Shown: piece by piece, positions 24,101 through 37,761 of the stretch
How the letters are laid out: the number at the start of each line of letters is the position of its first letter
Numbering within the stretch: the first letter of the stretch is position 1
Source of the DNA: Narcine bancroftii
Lineage: Eukaryota
Direction: 5' to 3'
DNA: 64,000 nt
Assembly: GCF_036971445.1 (NCBI RefSeq)
Contig: NC_091470.1
Location: 192,820,001-192,884,000, forward strand
The notes under the pieces: generated by a model
The model's database searches: none
What the model was told of the DNA's origin: nothing
What the model saw: the letters and a program-made list of their open reading frames with translations, nothing else
Translations under genes and position numbers: made by a program

Positions 24101-27100
24101 ACCCCAGAGGAATGATCAACACACTGGCAGGTCCCAGAAGATGGATCCACACACTGGCAGGCCCCAGAAGACGGATCCACACGCCGTCAGACCCCAGAGG
24201 AATGATCAACACACTGGCAGGTCCCAGAAGATGGATCCACACACCGACAGGCTCCAGACAGAGGACAGCAACAGGTCCCAGAGGACAGATCCACACACTG
24301 ACAGGCCCCAGAGTACAGATGCACACACCGACAGATCACAGACAGAGGACTGATCCACACACCGACAGTCCCCAGAGGACGGATCCACATTCTGACAAGA
24401 CCCAGAGTACTGATCCACACACCGACAGTCCCCAGAGAACAAAAACAGAGGACAGATCCACACACCGACTGGCCCCAGAGGACAGATCCACACACACGGA
24501 CTGGCCCCAGAGGACAGATCCACACATCGACATGCCCCAGAGGACGGATCCACACACCGACAGGCTCCAGACAGAGGACAGTAACAGGTCCCAGAGGACA
24601 GATCCACACACTGACAGGCCCCAGAGTACAGATGCACACACCGATAGGCCTCCAACAGAGCACTGATCCACACACCGACAGTCCCCAGAGGACAGATCCA
24701 CATTCCGACAAGCCCCAGAGGACTGATCCACAAACCGACAGTCCCCAGAGAACAGATCCACACAACGACAGGCCCCAAACAGATCCACGCACCGACTGGC
24801 CCCAGAGGACAGATCCACACACCAACAGGCTCCAGAGGACAGATCCACATACCAAAAGGCCCCAAGGAAGGATCCACACACCAACAGGCTCAAGACACAG
24901 GACAGTAACAGGTCCCAGAGGACAGATCTACACACTGACAGGCCCCAGAGAACAGATGCACCCACCGACAGGCCCCAGACAGAGGACTGATCAACACACC
25001 AACAGTCCCCAGAGATCGGATCCACACACCGACACACCTCAGAGGACAGATCCACACACAAGCAGGCCCCAGAGGACAGATCCACACACACGGACTGGCC
25101 CCAGAGGACAGATCCACACATCGACATGCCCCAGAGGACGGATCCACACACCGATAAGCCTCCAACAGAGGACTGATCCACACACCGACAGAGGACAGTA
25201 ACAGGTCCCAGAGGTCAGATCCACACACTGACAGGCCCCAGAGTACAGATGCACACACCGATAGGCCTCCAACAGAGGACTGATCCACACACCGACAGTC
25301 CCCAGAGGACAGATCCACATTCCGACAAGCCCCAGAGGACTGATCCACAAACCGATAGTCCCCAGAGAACAGATCCACACAACGACAGGCCCCAAACAGA
25401 GGACAGATCCACGCACTGACTGGCCCCAGAGGACAGATCCACACATCAACAGGCTCCATAGGACAGATCCACATACCAAAAGGCCCCAAGGAAGGATCCA
25501 CACACCGACAGGCTCAAGACACAGGACAGTAACAGGTCCCAGAGGACAGATCTACACACTGACAGGCCCCAGAGAACAGATGCACCCACCGACAGGCCCC
25601 AGACGGAGGACTGATCAACACACCAACAGTCCCCAGAGATCGGATCCACACACCGACACACCTCAGAGGACAGATCCACACACAAGCAGGCCCCAGAGGA
25701 CAGATCCACACACCAACAGGCCCCAGAGGACGGATCCACACACCCACAGTCCCCAGAGGACAGATGCACCCACCGACAGGCCCCAGACGGAGGAATGATC
25801 CACACACTGACAGGCCCCAGAGATCGGATGCACACACCCACAGTCCCCAGAGGACAGATCCACACACCGACAGGCCCCAGAGGACAGATCCACACACCGA
25901 CTGGCCCCAGAGGACGGATCCACACACCGACACGCCCCAGAGGACGGATCCACACACCGACTGGCCCCAGAGGACAGATCCACACACCGACAAGCCCCAG
26001 AGGACAGATCCACACACTGACTGGTCCCAAAGGACAGATCCACACATCAACAGGCCCAGACAGAGAACAGATGCACACACCGACAAGCCCCAGAGTATGG
26101 ATCAACACACCAACAGGCTCAAGACAGAGGACAGTCACAGGTCCTAGTGGATAGACCCACACTTGACAGGCCCCAGAGGACAGATGCACTCACCGACAGG
26201 CCCCAGAGGACAGATCCACACACCGACACACCCCAGAGGACAGATCCACACACCGGCAGGCCCCAGAGGACGGATCCACACACTGACAGGCCCCAGAGGA
26301 CGGATTTACACACCGACAAGCCCCAGAGGACGGATCCACACACCGACAGAACCCAGAGGACGGATCCACATACCGACAGCCTCCAGACCGAGGACAGTAA
26401 CAGGTCTCAGAGGACAGATCCACACACCGATTGGCCCCAGATGACAGATCACACACCAACAGGCTCAAGACAGAGGACAGTCACAGGTCCTAGTGGATAG
26501 ATCCACACTTGACAGGCCCCAGAGGACAGATGCACTCACCGACAGGCCCCAGAGGACAGATCCACACACCGACACGCCCCAGAGGACAGATCCACACACC
26601 GGCAGGCCCCAGAGGACGGATCCACACACCGACAGGCTCAAGGCAGAGGACAATAACAGGTTCCAGAGGACAGATCCACACACTGACAGGCCCCAGAGGA
26701 CAGATGCGCCCACCAACAGGCCCCAGACATAGGACTGATCAACATACCGACAGTCCGCAGAGGACTAATCCACACAACGACACACCAACACACCCCAGAG
26801 GACAGATCCACACACCAACAGGCCCCAGAGGACGGATCCACACACCGGCAGTCCCCACAAGACGGATCCACACACCGACATGCCCCAGAGAACAGATCCA
26901 CACACCGACAGGCCCCAAAAGAGGACAGATCCACACACCGACTGGCCACAGAGGACAGATCCACACACTCCGACTGGCCCCAGAGGACAGATTCACACAA
27001 ACTAACTGGCCCCAGAGGACAGATCCACACATCAACAGGCCCAGACAGAGAACAGATCCACACACCAACAGGCTTCAGAGGACAGATCCACTCTCCGACA

Positions 27101-28198
27101 GGCCCCAGAGGACGGATCCACATACCAAAAGGCCCCAGAGGACGGATCCACACACTGACAGGCTCAAGACAAAGGACAGTAACAGGTCCCAGAGGACTGA
27201 TCCACACACCGACAGGCCCCAGAGGAAAGATCCACACACCGACTGTCCCCAGAGGACAGATCCACACACCGACAAGCCCCAGAGGACTGATCCACACACC
27301 GACAGTCTCCGAAGAACAGATCAACACACCGACTGGCCCCAGAGGACAGATGCACACGCCGACAGTCCCCAGAGGACAGATCCACACGCCGACAGTCCCC
27401 AGAGGACAGATCCACACACTGACAGGCCCCATAGGACAGATCCACACACTGACAGGCCCCAGAGGACAGATCCACACACCGACAGTCCCCAGACAGAGAA
27501 CAGATCCACACACCGACTGGCCCCAGAGGACAGATCCACACACTGATTGGCCCCAGAAGACAGATCAACACACTGACAGGCTCAAGACAGAGGACAGTAA
27601 CTGGTCCCAGAGGACAGATCCACACACTGATAGGCCCCAGAGGACAGATGCACACACCGACAGGCCTCAGACAGAGGACTGATCCACACACCGACAGGCC
27701 CCAGAGGACGGATCCACACACCGACAGGCTCCAGACAGAGGACAGTAACAGGTCTCAGAGCACAGATCCACACACAGACAGTCCCCAGAGGACAGATCCA
27801 CACACCAACAGTCCCCAGAGGACAGATCCACACACCGACAGGCCCCAGAGGACAGATCCACACACCGACTGGCCCCAGAGGACAGATCCACACACCGACA
27901 CGCCCCAGAGGACAGATCCACACACGGACTGGCCCCAGAGGACAGATCAACACACTGACAGGCTCAAGACAGAGGACAGTAACAGGTCCCAGAGGACAGA
28001 TCTACACACTGACAGGCCCCAGAGGAGAGATGCACACACCGACAGGCCTCAGACAGAGGACTGATCCACACACCGACAGTCCCCAGAGACGGATCCACAT
28101 ACTGACAAGCCCCAGAGGACAGATCCACACACCAACAGGCCCCAGAGGACGGATCCACACACCAACAGGCCCCAGAGGACAGATCCACATACCAACAG
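21150..28198. repeat. ~7-kb 30-bp minisatellite with higher-order structure
   Basis: Unit aggacagatccacacaccgacaggccccag, over 200 copies by length; variant blocks recur. Confidence 0.95.
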
Positions 28199-29859
28199 TT
28201 CCTTACTCAGGGTCAGGGATGCCTCTTTAGTGGACGGCAAAAAGAACACAGTCTCCCCTGTGAATTTTATGCACAGCATTATTACCCTCTCGCCATCCAG
28301 AGTCTGAGACAGACCTATTAAACCACCTTCCAGACCAATGGATGGACGTATATTACATTGTGCGCCAGTGTCCCACGTCAATAATCTGAAGGGAGATGCC
28401 ATCACAGGAGCCTCGCTTCCAGGAACTGCAACTGCTGGGTAGGTCCAAGGGGCTGCCATTGCAGAGCTGCACCCCACCACGATGAAAATCCTATGCAGAC
28501 AGGAATTACCGCACCTGCTCGTTCCACCAGCAGAGCACACAATGAATCCGTTCTCCAAAGAGCAGAGCAGGGAAGGGGTCGTGGTGGGAATGTCTATGCA
28601 CTGAGGTCTGTGATGCTGTTCTTCTCGAGCGCAGGGAGCATGTTCTCCACCGGGTCAGCCCGATTCTTCTCCAGCCTCATGAGTCCCAGGAGCTGCCGAG
28701 GATCTCCATTTCCCGCAGTTATCCTGAGCGAAATTCCTTGGTTGAGGGAGTGGGCTCTCCAATGATGACCCAACCCCCAATGAAGTCCAGAAACGGCATT
28801 GGCAATCTGCAAGCCACTGCTGCTCCCTCAGCCCTCGGGGCCCAGTCAAAGACCTTGCGGGGCAAACTCTTCTTCCTCCAAAAAACACCTCCGCTGGGAT
28901 GGGAATGTGCTCCCTCGTTTTTCAGTGATCTCTGCACTTAACAATTTTTAAAACCATAAATTCTTAGTCGACGATACCACCCACTCCCACAGTGACCACC
29001 CAGCAGTACTGCTCCTCCCACACTGTGATACTCTCCTTGGAGAGTCATTAACTGTATTCTCCATTTGTAGGGCAGCGCGGATACAGCGCCAGCAACCTGG
29101 GTTCAAATCCCTTGCTGTCTGTTAAGAGTTTGTACGTTCTTCCTGTGACCTGCGGTGTTGTAGTTTAATTGGGTGGCCCGGACTCATGGACTGGAAGGGC
29201 CTGTTACTGTGCTGTAGGTCTGAATTTCAAAACGTACCACATTAACCTCACGTGCAAACCCAAAAACCCAATGAGTCATGACAGGATTGGGAGCTTGGCG
29301 TAGGTTAAAGTCAGAGTAAGGGGTGGGGGTTAGGATTGAGGTCAAAGAGGAGGCAGGGCAGAACCGATCTGGAGGGAGGAGGAACAGGGGAGCAGTGTGT
29401 GTAGCCAGGGACATGAATGGGCAAGGAGAAACACTGGAGGAGGTGGGATGAGGGAGGGTGGAGGGAGGGTTGAGGGGCAGGAGGGGATGAGAGGGTGGGG
29501 GATGGAGGGATGAGGGGGGTGGGGAGGAGGATGGAGAGGTGGGGGAGGGAGGGATGAGGGGGGTGGGGGAGGGATGAGGGGGGTGGGGGAGGGATGAGGG
29601 GGGTGGGAGAGGGATGAGGGGGGTGGGAGAGGGATGAGGGGGGTGGGGGAGGGAGGGATGAGGGTGGGAGGGATGAGGGGGTGGGGGAAGGAGGGATGGC
29701 GAGGTGGGAGAGGGGGAATGATGGATGAGGGGGGAAGGATGAGGGGGGAAGGAGGGATGAGGGGAAAAGAAGGATGGGGAGGGTGGGGTAAGGGCAGGAG
29801 GGAGGGATGAGGAGGGGGCGGGACCGTGGGCCCTGCCTGGGGGCGGGCCTCTCGGCGGA

Positions 29860-30125
29860 AGTGGGAACCCGAGGGCCTCGGGAGCAGACTGAGCTCCCTG
29901 TCCCTGCCCCTGCACCCCGCGTCGGGCCCGGGTTCGCGTTGCCCGTCTCCGCACCACACCCACCTTCCGGCTTCATGACGGCCGCCATTTTACTTCCGAC
30001 TCCCATTGGCTCGAAGCCGCGCCCATTGGCAAGGCCCACCCTGTGCTGCATGTCTATTGGCTACTACTCCAATCAAGCATATAAAATGGGCGGTACTATT
30101 AGCTAGAAAATTAGCCAATTAGAAT
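29860..30125 (-). promoter_or_regulatory. CAMTA2: CAMTA2 CpG-island promoter
   Basis: YY1 motif GCCGCCATTTT over the ATG, an adjacent ETS-like CGGAAGT, five CCAAT/ATTGG boxes (30004-30119) and local CpG enrichment. Confidence 0.7.
29964..29988 (-). CDS. CAMTA2: CAMTA2 coding exon 1 (MAAVMKPE)
   Basis: AAAATGGCGG start context in a CpG-rich patch and a GAAG|GTGGGT donor in phase 1. It joins the 18637 exon in frame (MAAVMKPE-ENNNHIKVFLP) and resembles short vertebrate CAMTA N-termini (MAAENKPE-type, from memory). Confidence 0.75.
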
Positions 30126-31399
30126 AGAGCAGTAGAGATCTGGGTGTTAACTGGTTAAGTAAACTATCAATCAAACTTTCGCTCCTTTGAAGAAACAGTG
30201 GGCGGGAGGTCTGTGTATCACACAGGGTTCAGGAAGGAACCAGGAAACCCCTCCTCCCCCTCGCCCCTCCCTCCCCCATCCCTCCACCCTTCCCCTACCA
30301 TCCCACTCCGTCCGCCGCCACCCTCCCTTCCCCCTCCCCTCCTCTTCCCTCCCCCTCCTTTCAAGAAGCATATGAGATGACCCGACAGGACAGTTACCAC
30401 AGCAGTGGACTTTAGAGGAGCTCAGCGGCAGTTGGCTGCTGGACACTGGCTCATAGGAACCAGGTGTCGGAGCCAGGATTCGAGAGGACGCTGAGGGCAA
30501 GAAGCCCCCCCCCCCCCCCCACCCCTCAGGTGCAAAAGGTTTCCTGATTATGTCGGGAGTTTGGATCTGGAGCTCGGGATGAGTCTGTGCGGCTGCACGG
30601 ACACTCAATGACCCTTTGCTTCTCTTTCTCCTTTTATTAAGGGTCAATGCTTGTGGTGACTCTACGTTTGCCTTGCGTCAGGCAAACGTTGAAGTCTATC
30701 TTGTATGAATTAGAAAGTGACAATAAAAAAGGACCTTTAACCTTCCCGGCAATTTCTGTCTTCACGTCGGACCCAGCACCCTGGGCGTGCAAGGTGACGA
30801 CCGGGAACGTACGGCTCCTTGCTCCAGATTAGCGTTGCCCACCTCGCCAGCCTCCACCCCGAGTGGTTTTAGCCAAAAGCTTGGAGCAGATCCTGATCTG
30901 CGCAGGGGTGGAAATTGGCTCTACCAAGCAGAGCCATCAGTGACACAGTTCAACACAGCAAGGAACTCCTCGGCTTTGTTACTGGTGAACAAGAGCTCAG
31001 CCGCTCGGGGAGTGGTTTCCTCCTGGGATGATGGAGAATTTGAAGGATGTTTTCTCTTTAAATAGCTGGTATAATGATCGTCTCTGATTCGTTGCGCGCA
31101 ATTTAATTTCAATTTGGACATACAGCACAGTAACAGGCCCTTCCGTCCCACGAGCGCGTGCTGCCCAATTTACACCCAACTTACTGACATCCCCCCCCCC
31201 CCCCCAGTACGTTTTGAAGGGTGGGAGGAAACTGAAGCTCCTAGAGGAATGCAGGGAGAAAGAACCACAAACTCCAAACCCTCAAGTCCAGATTGGGCAA
31301 GTTTTTTTTTCACCCAAGCCACCAGGCTCTTGAATTCCCAGAACATTTGGGGATAGGGTCCCGTGGACTGTTTCTGTGTAAGTCTGAATATTTTAAGTG

Positions 31400-32315
31400 A
31401 AGACACGAAATGCTGGAGAAGTTCAGCAGGTCAAACAGGGCCCTTTATGTAGCAAAGGCAGATACATGAACGACGTTTCGAGCTTGAGCCTTTAATCAGG
31501 GTCTGAGGAAATGCCAGCAGGCTTCGAACAGAAGAGTTGGGGGGGGGGGGGAGAAGGAGTGGGAATGGCAAGGGAAAGGAGGGAGGGGGCAGCAGCAATG
31601 ATGGGGAGGAGGGATGGCTGGATGGGTGAGAGGGGAAAGAAAAGGCGAGCAGGTTTAATGGAAGGCAATGAAGTCGGTGTCAATGCCATTTGGCTGGAGG
31701 GCGTCCTGACAATCTGCAGAATGTCAGGGTGGGACAGTGCACAAGGCTGTGGACAGGTGTGGGAGTGTGACCCGGAATTGAAATGATTGGCCTCTGGGAG
31801 AGTCGCTGTAGTTGCGAATGGACTAGTGATGCTGGGAGAACCAATCTCCCAATCTGTGATCGGTCTCTCCGACGTAGAGAAGGCCACAGAGGGCGCACTG
31901 GATGCAGCGAATCAGTGCTCTGGGTGTACAGGTGAAGTGTTGCTTCACGTGAAAGGCCTGTTTGGGGCCCAGGACCATGGTGATGGAGGAGGTGTGGGCG
32001 CAAGTGTTGCACCTCCTGCGGGCACAGGGGAAGATGCCAAGGGTGTGACAGGTGGGGAGGGATGAGGGCACAAGGGAGTTGCAGAGGATCCAGTCCCTGT
32101 GGAAGGACAAGAGGGGAGGAGAAGGAAAGATGTGTCTGGCGGTGGGATCCTGTAGTAAGTGCTGGACATTCCAGCGGATAATGTGTTGGATGTGGAGGCT
32201 GGTAGGTGAGGATGAGGGGGATTCTATGTTTGTTGCATCTGGGGGGCAGAGGGGGCCAGGGCAGATGGGCAGAAAATGGAGGAGATGCGGTTGAGAGCTG
32301 ATCGACAGTGGTGGA
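31400..32315 (-). mobile_element. Penelope-like GIY-YIG fragment
   Basis: GPKQAFHVKQHFTC...IRCIQCALCGLLYVGETDHRLGDWF. Confidence 0.75.
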
Positions 32316-33403
32316 GCCTCTATCTCATACTTCGACTGCGGTGTCTACAGATTTCCACGATTTATTTCTTAATATTTTAACTCCTAACATATTTATGTAA
32401 ATTTGCTCCGTGGTCCTGGAGAAACGCTCTCTCATCTTTACCGTGTGAGCACAGTATGAATGATAAATAAAGGTGACGACTTGAAGTCAGCCAACAGCAG
32501 ACAGTAAAAATTCCTGTTATCTGGAATTTAAGCATCCGGCAAAAAAAATGTGGAAAAATTCGAGTTAAAATAAGCGTGCCTCGCCATTAGTTCGCCAATC
32601 ACCCAACACGCAATCTCAAGCAACTGGAAAATACACATCTGGCAATTACTAATCCCCATAGGTGCCGGATACCAGGGGTTTTACCTGTTTATTATGCTCA
32701 CACAATCTTGGTAAAGTTTCACCCCAGATTTATTTTCCTTGACATTGAAGGCCAGGTTGGCAAGTCAGCACAAATAAGAAAACAAGTCTTATGAACAAGA
32801 GTGATCACATAGCATCAACCAGCACTCGGTAACATCATGGGAACATGGCCTAACACCAAAGCTCTCAGGTTTTCTGATCACATTTTCCAAAAGGCAGCAG
32901 CTGGCACAAGCAATGGTGAGACCCACAAGGTCAATGTCTGCCTGTCCACACCATCAGGTCAACGACCACCTGTTGACACCGTCAGTTCAATGTCCGCCTG
33001 TCTACACCATCAGCTCCTGTGGCAGAAACGGGCCCCCCCCCCCCAAACCCCAGCACAGTCTGGGGCAGGAACCATGGAGAAGGGGTGAAGCTGGACTCTC
33101 ACAGATATGGGCACGCAGGATGAGGAATGTTACAGGCAGCCGGATGGAGCCACAGACCACTTCAGGAGGTCGGGACTGTGGGGAACATCATGCCCTCTCA
33201 CCACTGGACCAACCTTCTGGCTTCCAGCTCAAGTCAGAGAGGTGCGACAGAATCTCTTCCACCACCTTGCGGAATGGGCAATGGCAGGCTGCCCCGTGTC
33301 CCACCAGAGTGCACACCCCAACCCCACAGACACCCAACCAGTGCAATAAACAACAAACGAATGAACAGTCCAATGTAAGGTCAATAAACGATAACTGGTG
33401 GGC

Positions 33404-33586
33404 TCATTCCTCAGCTTGCTGCCACTGCTCTCTCCAGAGAATGCCTCTATAGTCGAGTGGCCGTGCCGCTAGCCCCCAAACCTGGAGCCTCTCCTCAGCT
33501 TCCCCACTGAAAGTAGTTGGGCACCAGATGCCTGTCGGAATGGGGCACTGCTTCTGAACCCCGAAACTCCAGCGGGGGTGGAAAAA
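33404..33586 (-). CDS. INCA1: INCA1-like terminal coding exon (FFHPRWS...QWQQAEE*)
   Basis: ctctgcag acceptor, 61 open codons ending EE-TGA as human INCA1 does; minus-strand AATAAA near 32730 and 32690. Confidence 0.7.
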   Translation of the reverse strand, partial: FFHPRWSFGVQKQCPIPTGIWCPTTFSGEAEERLQVWGLAARPLDYRGILWREQWQQAEE

Positions 33587-34097
33587 CTGCAGAGAGAATC
33601 AGAGATTTTGATCGACCCAACAAAGTCCAAAACCCCTTTGATACCCCAAGACATTTTTCAAATGAGAATACTCCAGAAACATCGTGGGATGAGACCTTGG
33701 GACAAATCAACGCTAACTGACTTGATCTTCCATGTAAATTAAAGCAGGGGAAGTATCACATACTGAGGACACAGGACACACCATCCCATCACACACTCCC
33801 ATGCAGCCGTTGGCTCAACGCTATTATAGAATCCAGCACTGTCTGAAGGGAGTTTGTACGTTCTCACCATAACTGTGTGAGTTTACTCTGGGCACTCTGG
33901 TTTCTTCCACCCTTTCAAAATGCACAGGGCTGGGGTGGGGTTTGTAGGTTAATTGGGTGGCATGGGCTCGTGGGCCGGAAGGAACTGTTACCATCCTGCC
34001 TGTCTAAATTTAAAATTTAAAAACTCCCAGGGTCAGACACAGAGTGAAGCTCCATCCACACCATCACTGAAGGATAACTGGACCAGACAAACTTTAC

Positions 34098-34245
34098 CGG
34101 CTCTCTATCCTCCAGATCGGAGCTGTTTGGGAAATCTGTGATGCCAGGACAGTCATTCTGTTGTCGCTCCTGATCAGTCAAGGATTCCTCTGCCTCTGCT
34201 GCCAGTCCCTGCGTTCTGCAGCCTCCCCATTTCAGAGCCTTTAGT
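34098..34245 (-). CDS. INCA1: INCA1-like coding exon 5 (LKALKWGG...DLEDREP)
   Basis: ttttag acceptor in phase 2, CCG|GTAAAG donor; LKALKWG resembles human LKKAQWG. Confidence 0.8.
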
Positions 34246-34639
34246 CTAAAATGCAAGATGCACTGGTCATTCTGTGCCTGTGCAGATAGCCTGCTGCTAA
34301 GCCAACTCCCTGGGGCAGGTTCCTACCCTTCCCTGCTCCCTACCTTGACATGCCTGGCACTGAGACCCACAGCACACAGCAGTCAGAGGCCCTTCCATTG
34401 CCTGAAAGGGGGCAGTCACAGCGGGCCCAGCGATAGTCTCAACCCTCCCTCTACCAAGCCTCAAATGCAGGATTGATCAACCTTCTGAAGGACGAGGGAG
34501 AGTGTATAACTCCCAAAGTGTGTTGGGAGGTAGGCTGGAGAAAAGCCTGATGTTTATATATTTTCAGCATATATTGGTGAACATTGTCTTGTGGTTACTT
34601 ATTACTGTCTGTTATTATGATCCTACATATGTTGATTAA

Positions 34640-35760
34640 AGGCCTGATGGGAGAGGGCAGGGAGGAGGGATAGAGGAAGGGGAGTGAGTGAGGAAGGGGA
34701 GGAAGAGAGGAGTGGGAGGGAGAGAGGTGGGGAAAGAGAAGAGGGGGGTAGAGAGAGAGAGGAGGGGTAAAGAGAAAGGAAGGGGAAAGGAGAAGGGAAT
34801 GGAGGCAAGAGGGGGAAGAGAATGGAGGAGAGGAGGGAGAAAGGGGGAAAAGAAAGGAGAGGAGAGAGAATGGGGAGAGGAGGGAGAAAGGGGGAGAGAG
34901 AGGGGGAAGAGAAGGGAGAGAGGGGAAGAGAAGGGAGAGAGGGGGTAGTGGGGTTGAGAAGGGAAGGGGAGAGAGGGCAAGAGGGTAGATAAGGTTTAGA
35001 GGGGAAGAAGGGTAGACGGGTGGGGTTGAGGGGGTAGTGATGCAGAGAAGGAGAGGTGGAGAGGAGGTAGAGGGGAGAGAGGGACAGATGGGAGAGGAGG
35101 GGGAAGGAAGGTTGCAGAAGAGAGGAAGGAGAGGAAGGGGAGGGAGGAGGGGAAGAGGTGTGGAGAGGGGAGGGAGAGAAAAGGGAAGAGAAGTACATGC
35201 AGGTAGAGGAAGGTAGATACATTAGAGAGTACAATGGGAAAGGGCGAGGAAGGGGTGAGATGTGGTGAGGGCAAGAGGGAGAGAGCAGGGAATGAGTAGA
35301 GAGCAGTCATAAAGGAGGGGGAGGGGAAGCAGGGTTTGAGGAGGTGGCTGGAGGAAGGGAAGAGGGCGAGAGGAAGGCGAGAGGTGGTGGACAGAAGGGC
35401 GGTGATGAATGGGGAGAGTTGGGGAAGGAGGGGAGAGGAAGGGTGGAGGGGAAGGAGGGGAGGGGGCAGAGTAGTGGAGAGAAGAGAGTGGAGAGAAGGG
35501 GGAGGTTGGGTGAGAAGATGGAGAGAGGAGGGGAGCAGTGGTGGGGGGAAGAAGGTGGGGGGGAAGAGAAGGTGGGTGGGGGAGAGAAGCCAGGGGAAGG
35601 TGGGGGGAGAGAAGGTGGGGAGAGGAGGTAGGGGAAGGTGGGGGGGGGAGGAAAAGTGGGGGAGAGAGAGTGGGGAGGCAGGGGAGAGAAGATGTGGGGA
35701 GAGAGAAACCAGTAGAAGGTGGGGGGGGGGGGGCGGCAGATGGCAGAGGGAGAGAAGGCA
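34640..35760. repeat. ~1.1-kb polypurine low-complexity tract
   Basis: Almost exclusively G/A on the + strand. Confidence 0.85.
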
Positions 35761-35821
35761 GTTGTGTGTGGGGAGCAGAACCAAGGACTCATGGGACAGA
35801 GAGGGATGGGGCACTCCCTAC

Positions 35822-36024
35822 TGATCAATACAGCTCTGTCTCCTCTTGAGCTCCTCCAGGTGACAGGTCACGGCCAAGACTGGCCTCTGTCTGTGTGACC
35901 TGTCCCGGCCTCTCCTCCTGCCATACAGTTCTCTCGGGGAAGGCAGTCTTTCCAACATCAAGCCTGAGTTTGGGCAACTGGCATCCAATCTGGCATCTGG
36001 TCTCTCAGCAGCATGACCACTCAG
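35822..36024 (-). CDS. INCA1: INCA1-like coding exon 4, conserved core (LPSPRELYGRRR...LAVTCHLEELKRRQSCIDQ)
   Basis: 203 nt, AG/GT bounded; strong resemblance to human LPPPEMLWRRKKRR...RAVTYHLEDLRRRQSIINE. Confidence 0.85.
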
Positions 36025-36109
36025 CTGGAGAGAAAAGGTGGGGGGGAGAGAGGAAGAGTGTGTGTGAGTGAGGAACGAGTCAACAGCTGAGGTCCAGAGG
36101 CAAGGGAAA

Positions 36110-36470
36110 CCACGAGAGTGAGAATGGGGAGAACACTGGGGGAGGCGGAGGACGGGGGCTCACTGGGGGAGGGACACTGAGGAGGTAGAGAATGGGGTTT
36201 CATTGGGGAAAGTGGAGAATGGGGGTTCACTGGGAGAAACGGGAAGGTAGAGAATGGGGGTTCACTAGGGAGAGGTGAAGAATAGGGGTTTACTGGGGAG
36301 GCAGAGAATAGGGTTTCACTGGGGATGGACACTAGGGAAGGTGGAGAATGGGGGTTCACTGGGGAGGCGGAGAATGGGGGTTCACTGGGGAGGCGGAGAA
36401 TGGGGGTTCACTGGGGAGTGACACGGGGAAGGTGGAGAATGGGGGTTCACTGGGGAGGCAGAGAATGAGG
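36110..36470. repeat. ~26-bp tandem repeat (ggagaatgggggttcactggggaggc)
   Basis: About 10 degenerate copies. Confidence 0.8.
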
Positions 36471-36634
36471 AGACATGCTGGGGGAGGGGAAGAATGGAGG
36501 TGTCATATGGAGAGGTCAGGGCACTGGGGACCAGCTCAGACTGGCCCTGGACACTGCCCTCGTCTCACCCTCCAGGAGACCATGCTCTCCCAGCAACCGA
36601 GGACAGGCACAGAGCTCCAACCAGGACTACTTAC

Positions 36635-36677
36635 CAATGGCAGGGGAGCTTTGTCATACATCTCCATCAAATGAGGT
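36635..36677 (-). CDS. INCA1: INCA1-like coding exon 3 (PHLMEMYDKAPLPL)
   Basis: 43-nt exon, ctacag acceptor, GTAAGT donor; bridges phase 2 to 0; positionally equivalent to human PTWLEEQHIPPML. Confidence 0.7.
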
Positions 36678-37644
36678 CTGTAGGACACAAGCAGAGAGCA
36701 CAGAATTGGAGAAAGGTTGCCTGTACCGTGGGCTCCCTTTCCCTCCCACCACACATCCCCCTCACCCCACCCCAAACCTCCCACCCTGGTGAACAGGGAG
36801 ACCCTCCCTCTCCCCAAAAGATGTTCACTGCCTCTCTCCTAACAAATGCCAACAGAAAGATGGGGCTCTAGTCTCCAGGGCTGACACTGCCATCAGTTGG
36901 CAACACCCCCCAGGGTGACGCACACTCTCCTCAGTGCTCCCAGACTGGACATTATCCCCTGACGTCCACCTCCCCCACCACAGAGGTCCTGTCCTTCTGG
37001 TCCTTCACCCCAAGAGGCATTGCATCACCCCTTCCCTAGCAAGCCTGTATTGGGTCTCAGGAGTTTGGACCACTTCCCGGGGAGGTTCATTTATTGTCAC
37101 ATAATGATGCATTAAATGTAATATGCATGGTATACTTCAACATTTGCCTGCAGCAAGGCAAACAAAGTCCCCAATAGCATGGCCCGGTGTCCCCAACAAG
37201 AGAAAGAGAAGCAAAAGAGACCCAAAGTGTCCATTGATATTTACCTCTAGTGCTAGTTCCGGCTCCTATGTCAGGCTGAAAGCCTGCACAGTACCATGAC
37301 CAGGGAATAGGACCCTGCAGAGCAGTGCTGTGCCTCTGCTCCCCCGGGTCTACACCAGCGGCAGGGTTGTCGTTACAGCAGCTCTGGCAGTGCCGCCATG
37401 TTCTTTTTACAATCTTCAAGTGACGTGCTTCACAAAGACTCCACAGGAGTGGAGGCTTAGCAGTAGGGCAGAACCAACAGAGTGGAGTTGGGGGGGGATG
37501 GTTGGGGAGTGAGGGGTGGACAATTTGAATTGTCCAATGGTAGTTGCAAAGCATCGGAATGCAAGTTAATACAGAGGGTCATCAAAACAGCCTAGAAGAT
37601 GACTGGGGTACTCATGTCCCTGAACAGGGAACTCTGGTACTTAC

Positions 37645-37761
37645 CTCCCCTGCTGGCTCAAGCCCTCCAGATCCACCCCACTGCCCCAGGTCCCTAGAGG
37701 AGGGGGGCACAATGGGCTGGGTTCAGCCTGGCCTTCGCACCGGTTCACCATCTTCGAACAC
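37645..37761 (-). CDS. INCA1: INCA1-like coding exon 2 (CSKMVNR...LEGLSQQGR)
   Basis: tgcag acceptor, AG|GTAAGT donor, phase 2-2; resembles human CSRVVSR...KNLNQRP. Confidence 0.75.

Noticed and set aside
20975-28230. Dozens of Cys-rich or QRTDPHTD ORFs resembling zinc-finger or keratin-associated proteins
   Set aside because: These are translations of the 30-bp minisatellite, open in several frames on both strands, with no splice or domain support.
34623-35849. Ser/Pro/Leu-rich and Gly/Arg-rich ORFs (also 29184-30051, 37883-39401, 43126-43605)
   Set aside because: They are polypurine/polypyrimidine tract artefacts.
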